From contig JASLGC010000328.1 of the NCBI GenBank assembly GCA_030150335.1, positions 1 through 51,670 of the forward strand: 51,670 bases of DNA, given 5' to 3'. Position numbers and translations under genes: made by a program. Below, piece by piece: positions 47,523 through 51,670 of the stretch. This stretch comes from Flavobacterium sp. (GTDB lineage: Bacteria; Bacteroidota; Bacteroidia; Flavobacteriales; Flavobacteriaceae). A model generated the notes under the pieces. The model did no database searches. It saw only the letters and a list, made by a program, of their open reading frames with translations, and was not told the DNA's origin. How positions within the stretch are numbered: the first letter of the stretch is position 1; the number at the start of each line of letters is the position of its first letter.

Positions 47523-48598
47523 TATCCACCGATTTGAGTTGTGTCTAACTGATAAATGTTTGCAATGTCGCTAATGATAGGCAATGCTAATGCTTGCGCT
47601 CTTGATACCTCGCCTACTGTTGGTGTGTTTACCGAAAACTTACAAGCTAAAATAAACTCGTTAACGTCTTGGTAAGCTACTCCTGCAACCGGGTGCGACT
47701 TCTCTGCTAATGTTGACCAAACGTGTGAGCCTACTACGTTATCTTGTAAGAAGATTAATTTACCTTCACCCCATGCTGATACGTTTTTAGTTCTAACGCC
47801 GTTTTTCTCAAACTCAAACTTACGATTTGTGATGATGAAGTCTACGCCCTTTTCTGATCTGAAAGCTTCTAAGAAACGTTCTTTTGATGGCGTTTGTAAG
47901 TTGTCACCAAAGTTACCTACGTAAGTAGCATACAACTGTTTACCTTCTGTTGAGTTTAAAATACGGTTAAACGTTTTTAAATCTGTCATGATATAACGGA
48001 TGTTTGAACCTTCGTTTGCAGATTCTAACACTCTATCAATATCGGTAATTGTTGGTGCTGTTGCTGGTGTTGTCCATGCAGAACTAGCCGTGAATTTGTT
48101 TTCAGCTAAATAACCGAAGTCTAAGCGAATACCTTTACCAACGTTATCCTCATCATCGATTAATACTAATCCGTCTGATAGCCCTTTTTGGAAAATATAT
48201 TCTGTCTTTTCTTCAATACCACGGATACATTTCGCTACGTCTGCAAAAATACGACGCGTGATTAAACTTTCTTGACCACCTGCACGAATCATAGAGTCAA
48301 TTTCTTTCAACTGAGTCTCATTCAACTGCATTTCCATACCAAGCTTAGCAATTGTTCCGCTTGTAGAGCCAAACGAATCGCGTTGCTTTAATGGTAGTGG
48401 AGAGTCGAACGCTACAACATCAGCCATAACTGAGCTGTTAACTTCATTTAATGACTTCCAAGACCCGTCAATAGAATATTCACGAATAAGCATCGACTTG
48501 TATAAATACTTATCTGCTTCTTTGTCGATTTTCTGACTAATTGCTAAGGTTAAAGAACCTAACTGCCCAACGAATTGTGGGAATAATGTTTGTTTCAT
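47522..48598 (-). CDS. major capsid protein (lambda gpE-like family)
   Basis: 358 aa; MADVVAFDSPLPLK.R, G.IAKLG and RAQALALPII; follows scaffold and decoration genes. Confidence 0.88.
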   Translation of the reverse strand: MKQTLFPQFVGQLGSLTLAISQKIDKEADKYLYKSMLIREYSIDGSWKSLNEVNSSVMADVVAFDSPLPLKQRDSFGSTSGTIAKLGMEMQLNETQLKEIDSMIRAGGQESLITRRIFADVAKCIRGIEEKTEYIFQKGLSDGLVLIDDEDNVGKGIRLDFGYLAENKFTASSAWTTPATAPTITDIDRVLESANEGSNIRYIMTDLKTFNRILNSTEGKQLYATYVGNFGDNLQTPSKERFLEAFRSEKGVDFIITNRKFEFEKNGVRTKNVSAWGEGKLIFLQDNVVGSHVWSTLAEKSHPVAGVAYQDVNEFILACKFSVNTPTVGEVSRAQALALPIISDIANIYQLDTTQIGG

Positions 48599-48601
48599 AT
48601 C

Positions 48602-48979
48602 TTAAACCTCCGCTCTAAATTGAATTAATGGTAAACCTGCCAATACTGCCGCTGTAGGCTTGTACTTACATGCTTCTGGGTTAACCGTTCCTTGTGTTAA
48701 AATACCTGCATCGGTAGGATTCATAGTAGTGTTGATTAATACACCTACATACTTTTGATCCCCTGTTAATGCTTTGTAAGCTGATCCTGTTACGCCTAAA
48801 GGTTTGTAAGAATCGTCCTCAATAATGATTACGTGACCTGCTTCTACGATTTCATCCGTAAAGCCTGTCATATCTAACGCTCCACCTCCGCGCACAGCAT
48901 CTAAAATGCGCACAATAACGATACTATCCCTTGTTGGGTTTACGTTCTGTGGCTCATTTACTAAATTTGCTACTGCCAT
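48602..48979 (-). CDS. head decoration protein
   Basis: 125 aa between scaffold and capsid genes; GG.LD.TGF...AGHVII...YKPL...GILTQGTVN. Confidence 0.7.
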   Translation of the reverse strand: MAVANLVNEPQNVNPTRDSIVIVRILDAVRGGGALDMTGFTDEIVEAGHVIIIEDDSYKPLGVTGSAYKALTGDQKYVGVLINTTMNPTDAGILTQGTVNPEACKYKPTAAVLAGLPLIQFRAEV

Positions 48980-48994
48980 TTTGTGTTTATAAAG

Positions 48995-49603
48995 TTAAAA
49001 ATTCATACCCTCAACCACTGCTGTTGCCTTCTCCAAGTCTTTTGCTGTTACATTGGTAGGCTCGCCTGCTCCTTGTGGTTTGTAATTACTAGATGATGAG
49101 TCTTTCTCAGCTTGTACAATAGCATTTACTTCTGTTGTTGTATCTGTTATGTAATCGTTGAAATCCTCGTCATTCTCAAAATTCATTCTATTGAAGTTCT
49201 TTAAACGAATATCTTGCTGTTCTTTAGTTAAGCTTTTGATAGACTTATTAAAGGCAGAAAGGCGTTTGTCTTTTACAGATGTTGTTTGGACTTCGTTTAG
49301 TTTAGATTCAAGTGAGTTAAACTTTTCGAGTAACTGTGCTAATTCGGATTTTCCGTCATTTTCTAGGGTTACCTCCGGTGTCACTTCTGTTTTTTTAGAT
49401 TTAGCGTTTCTCTCTACATCATCTAAACGTGCTGTTTCTGCGAATGGTTGAACCGTGTCAATCGATGTTAAAAGCGTTTCAATTTCGCTTTCTTCTTTAA
49501 TTAATCCGTTTACTTTTTCTGCTAAAGCTTCTAAACGTTGCTTAGAGAAATTCACATTCGGGAATTGCTCTCTGAATTTTGATTTTATTTTGTCAATGAA
49601 CAT
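48995..49603 (-). CDS. capsid scaffolding protein
   Basis: Charged helical 202 aa at the head of the capsid operon. Confidence 0.65.
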   Translation of the reverse strand: MFIDKIKSKFREQFPNVNFSKQRLEALAEKVNGLIKEESEIETLLTSIDTVQPFAETARLDDVERNAKSKKTEVTPEVTLENDGKSELAQLLEKFNSLESKLNEVQTTSVKDKRLSAFNKSIKSLTKEQQDIRLKNFNRMNFENDEDFNDYITDTTTEVNAIVQAEKDSSSSNYKPQGAGEPTNVTAKDLEKATAVVEGMNF

Positions 49604-49719
49604 AATTGATATTTTCGTTTACGCCTTGAATTAGTCGCATCCGTTGGCACTAAAATACGGGTTATAATTTTTATCTATAACTTAGCCGTGTGAATATAGA
49701 TAAATAGTTTCAAATTTAT

Positions 49720-49750
49720 TTTGTGGTGTGGAATTAATGAAGTAATATTG
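49720..49750 (+). promoter_or_regulatory. candidate promoter of the RNA array
   Basis: TTTG(49720-49723)-N19-TAATATTG(49743-49750), one mismatch to TAnnTTTG; an opposite-strand TAAATTTG lies at 49711-49718. Confidence 0.5.
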
Positions 49751-49790
49751 TATAAGCAAGAACGCTAATAGTTATTTGAAATAAAAATTA

Positions 49791-49898
49791 AGACTAACAC
49801 TACTCACGGGTTGAGTTGATGTAATTAATAACAAATAAGGGTAGATAAATCTTTCTACGGGGCGCTTTAAACGTCCTATAAGCCAAGGGTGTTAGTCT
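49791..49898 (+). ncRNA. structured RNA element 1 (unassigned)
   Basis: Perfect 10-bp closing stem AGACTAACAC/GTGTTAGTCT enclosing three hairpins. Confidence 0.55.
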
Positions 49899-49906
49899 AA
49901 AGATAT

Positions 49907-50058
49907 AGAAGCAAGGTGGTTACTGGGTGGTACTAGGGCAAGTTTCCTAAACGTGCAGCCAAACAGAAAGGCAGGTGATGTGTTGTTAAAACACTGAGAA
50001 CTGAATCTAACTGGTAACTTAAGAACGAGGCGACGCTACGCGCCTACACCTTGTTTTT
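49907..50058 (+). ncRNA. structured RNA element 2 (unassigned)
   Basis: 12-bp closing stem AGAAGCAAGGTG/CACCTTGTTTTT, inner GTTACTGG/CTGGTAAC helix and 3' AGGCG/CGCCT hairpin. Confidence 0.55.
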
Positions 50059-50067
50059 TAAAAATAT

Positions 50068-50152
50068 AGAAGTAGCTAAAATGAAAGCTCCGTACTTACT
50101 CGTTTCGATATATGGATGTATAATTGATGCAGACTCAAACTGCGCTACTTTT
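50068..50152 (+). ncRNA. structured RNA element 3 (degenerate tRNA-like)
   Basis: AGAAGTAGC/GCTACTTTT, TCCGTA/TATGGA and T-arm-like GCAG-ACTCAAA-CTGC. Confidence 0.5.
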
Positions 50153-50160
50153 AAAAACAT

Positions 50161-50335
50161 ACCCTATCTAGCTAATGAAAGGTAAATGCGACAAGCGAAA
50201 TTATGCACGGTACAAACTGCATACACAAGCCAAGTGTAACCTTAGTTGTGATACGCAGAGTGTTCGATTCGCTACTGATTTATCAGTCCTATGGTTAGGT
50301 AATGCGTATTTCCTTTGGCAAGGACTAGATAGGGT
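50161..50335 (+). ncRNA. structured RNA element 4 (unassigned)
   Basis: Perfect 11-bp ACCCTATCTAG/CTAGATAGGGT; inner TATGCA/TGCATA, ATACGCA/TGCGTAT and TCCTT/AAGGA. Confidence 0.6.
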
Positions 50336-50341
50336 TAGTCA

Positions 50342-50426
50342 GGAAGATTGGCAGAGTGGACGAATGCAGTGGTTTGCTAAATCATAAGCCGTAAATGGTT
50401 CAGAGGTTCGAATCCTCTATCTTTCT
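50342..50426 (+). tRNA. tRNA-Ser (anticodon GCT), CCA not encoded
   Basis: GGAAGAT/ATCTTTC acceptor, GCA/TGC D-stem with GG, GTGGT-TTGCTAA-ATCAT anticodon arm, long variable arm, AGAGG-TTCGAAT-CCTCT. Confidence 0.88.
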
Positions 50427-50438
50427 CAAACGAGTTTT

Positions 50439-50505
50439 TAATCTTTTCTCGAAAATCTCATAGTGATTGAACGTAGCTATGAATCGTTCCAGACTCAAAA
50501 GATTA
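50439..50505 (+). ncRNA. structured RNA element 6 (unassigned)
   Basis: TAATCTTTT/AAAAGATTA closing stem around a TCATAGT/GCTATGA hairpin. Confidence 0.45.
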
Positions 50506-50512
50506 TTTATTT

Positions 50513-50633
50513 GGAGTCGTGGCGGAATTGGCAAGCGCAAAGCTCACTGCAACGTGATCGGTATTAACTGAATTAATTAAGGTTAGTATTTAGGTAGCTA
50601 AGATTGATGAAGGTTCGAATCCTTCTGACTCCA
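50513..50633 (+). ncRNA. tRNA-like RNA with the anticodon loop replaced by a ~51-nt structured insert
   Basis: GGAGTCG/TGACTCC-A acceptor, GCG-GAATTGGCAAG-CGC D-arm and GAAGG-TTCGAAT-CCTTC T-arm; no 7-nt anticodon loop. Confidence 0.8.
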
Positions 50634-50650
50634 CGCAAATTATTATCGCG

Positions 50651-50685
50651 ACCACCCTGTTAGTTTACTATGTTGGGTGGTTTTT
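50651..50685 (+). terminator. intrinsic terminator closing the RNA array
   Basis: ACCACCC/GGGTGGT followed by TTTT. Confidence 0.7.
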
Positions 50686-50714
50686 AAAAAATTTAAATTT
50701 AAATAAAAACAAAT

Positions 50715-51119
50715 ATGAAAAAAGTATTATTATCACTTGTAATTGGATGTTTAGTATTAACAACATCATGCTATGACTTCTCGCGAGAGCAAAGATTGAA
50801 GGATGCAGAAAACAACGGTAAGGCGGTTTTGGCAGAAGCTGAAAGCTCAAAGAAAGCGTTAATTGAAACTGCAAAGGCCGAAAACGAAAGCGCAACATTG
50901 CAAGCCGAAGCGAAAATTAAGATTGCTAAGGCAGAAGCGCAAGCAGAGATTGAAAGAGCAAAAGGGGTTGCGGAAGCCAACAAAATCGTTGGCGAATCCC
51001 TAAAAGGAAATAAAGAGTATTTGGAGTACTTAAAAATTGAAAGTATGAAATCTCTTAAAGCTGGAGATCGTATATACATACCAACCGAAGCAGGTTTACC
51101 AATAACAGAAAGGAAGTAA
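50715..51119 (+). CDS. lipoprotein/membrane-anchored coiled-coil protein resembling an SPFH (band-7) C-terminus
   Basis: Signal peptide ending LTTS-C; AEA-rich coil; ANKIVGESL...YLEYL...IYIPTEAGLPITE. Confidence 0.75.
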   Translation: MKKVLLSLVIGCLVLTTSCYDFSREQRLKDAENNGKAVLAEAESSKKALIETAKAENESATLQAEAKIKIAKAEAQAEIERAKGVAEANKIVGESLKGNKEYLEYLKIESMKSLKAGDRIYIPTEAGLPITERK

Positions 51120-51217
51120 TGAGAGCTACAATGTTATTTATAGCAGGTTTAATTATAGTTATACCTTTTGGAATTGTTATATATCGTGAATTAATACGAT
51201 ATCTACGTAAAAAATAA
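51119..51217 (+). CDS. small single-TM peptide (32 aa, MRATMLFIAGLIIVIPFGIVIY...)
   Basis: Manually translated; TAATG-coupled. Confidence 0.55.
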   Translation: MRATMLFIAGLIIVIPFGIVIYRELIRYLRKK

Positions 51218-51245
51218 ACAGACAGTCGGGATAGACCGACAATTT

Positions 51246-51298
51246 GGGGCGTTACTGCATCTGGGCAGGTGGTGTCGGTTCGAAACCGTTGCGCTCCA
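51246..51298 (+). ncRNA. 53-nt tRNA-Ala-like RNA lacking the anticodon arm
   Basis: GGGGCGT/GCGCTCC-A acceptor with G3-U70, U8-A9, CTGC-ATCTGG-GCAG D-arm, 5-nt linker and CGG-TTCGAAA-CCG T-arm. Confidence 0.7.
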
Positions 51299-51331
51299 CA
51301 ACTTCATAATTTAGGTTTATAATTGGTTATT

Positions 51332-51364
51332 CCCGTGGGATTCTCTCCGCTTCTCACGGGTTTT
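51332..51364 (+). terminator. intrinsic terminator
   Basis: CCCGTGGGA/TCTCACGGG followed by TTTT. Confidence 0.75.
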
Positions 51365-51388
51365 AAAAAAGAAAAAAGAAAAAGATAT

Positions 51389-51670
51389 ATGAAAACACCA
51401 GACGAAATACTAAAAAAACATTATAACCCATTGTTTGGGTTATCACGAAATGCTTTAAAGCAAATAACGTCAGCTATGATTGAATTTAGTTTGATACATA
51501 AAGTCACACGGACTGAATACCCTTTGAAAAAAGATTTAACATTGACTGTTGATGATTATATCAAGAAGATAGATTCTTTGATTGATGAGGGGCATGTTAT
51601 ATTTGTTGAGGCTAATCCTTTTTCTTATTTAGGAAAGGAGATTACCGTACTGCATACATATCTATTGGAT
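51389..51670 (+). CDS. 5' part of the junction-spanning 144-aa hypothetical protein (ends at 294)
   Basis: MKTPDEILKKHYNPL... is open through the overlap. Confidence 0.8.
   Translation, partial: MKTPDEILKKHYNPLFGLSRNALKQITSAMIEFSLIHKVTRTEYPLKKDLTLTVDDYIKKIDSLIDEGHVIFVEANPFSYLGKEITVLHTYLLD
51530..51670. repeat. 141-bp exact terminal overlap (copy 2)
   Basis: Identical to 1-141. Confidence 0.97.

Noticed and set aside
1506..49451. Numerous plus-strand ORFs antisense to structural and replication genes (e.g. 27241..27771, 35223..35591, 36870..37244, 45370..45705)
   Set aside because: They are fully overlapped by well-supported minus-strand genes and have S/L/F-rich shadow-frame composition.
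49860..49876. Ochre (UUA) suppressor tRNA explaining the TAA at 13615
   Set aside because: The hairpin is not in a cloverleaf (no T-arm follows), and TAA is the main stop codon genome-wide.
50171..50225. Hammerhead ribozyme (CTAATGA...GAAA)
   Set aside because: The core deviates from CUGANGA and stem II does not pair convincingly.
50175..50387. 70-aa ORF within the RNA array
   Set aside because: It overlaps tRNA-Ser and a strongly paired element and has no recognisable protein features.
50427..50505. Theta/HDV-like ribozyme after tRNA-Ser
   Set aside because: I could not fit the P1-P2-P3-P1.1 order or a J4/2 strand with the catalytic C; kept only as an unassigned element.
50546..50553. Cys anticodon (GCA) in the tRNA-like insert
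   Set aside because: It cannot be placed in a 5-bp stem with a 7-nt loop at the canonical distance from the D-arm.
49791..50633. CRISPR array or other direct-repeat array
   Set aside because: The units share architecture but not sequence; there are no repeated direct repeats with spacers and no cas genes.
50513..51298. tmRNA (one- or two-piece)
   Set aside because: Each tRNA-like unit closes on itself; there is no tag reading frame or pseudoknot series, and the order does not fit a permuted gene.
1..51670. Stop-codon reassignment (alternative genetic code)
   Set aside because: Long genes are intact in the standard code, TAA, TAG and TGA all end genes, and only one in-frame stop was found.

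Overview
The window is an apparently complete, circularly assembled ~51.5-kb tailed-phage genome of siphovirus type. Bases 1-141 repeat exactly at 51530-51670, giving a unit length of 51,529 bp. It is AT-rich and carries repeated TTTG-N19/20-TAnnTTTG promoters, which points to a Bacteroidota host. Most genes are on the minus strand: packaging (terS, terL, SPP1-type portal, gp7/MuF-type minor head), head and neck genes, major tail protein, a tail chaperone with a -1 frameshift, tape measure and tail-tip genes. Further minus-strand modules are lysis (M15 endolysin, holin candidates, u-spanin-like lipoprotein), an SGNH-esterase protein, recombination and replication (Gp3-like protein, nuclease, SSB-like protein, SF2 helicase, primase-polymerase/helicase), nucleotide metabolism (dUTPase, dCMP deaminase) and a ParB-like/PAPS-reductase-like (IbrB/IbrA) pair. 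A TGACAAA-repeat region at ~6.6-7.15 kb is the likely origin. No integrase was recognised. The most unusual region is a plus-strand island between the minor-head and scaffold genes. It holds a promoter- and terminator-bounded array of seven tandem, stem-closed structured RNAs (49791-50633): one tRNA-Ser(GCU), two tRNA-like RNAs with altered anticodon arms and four unassigned RNAs. Downstream lies a 53-nt tRNA-Ala-like RNA with G3-U70 and no anticodon arm (51246-51298). All product calls come from motif recognition by eye and all RNA folds from manual base-pairing; no database search or folding program was run.
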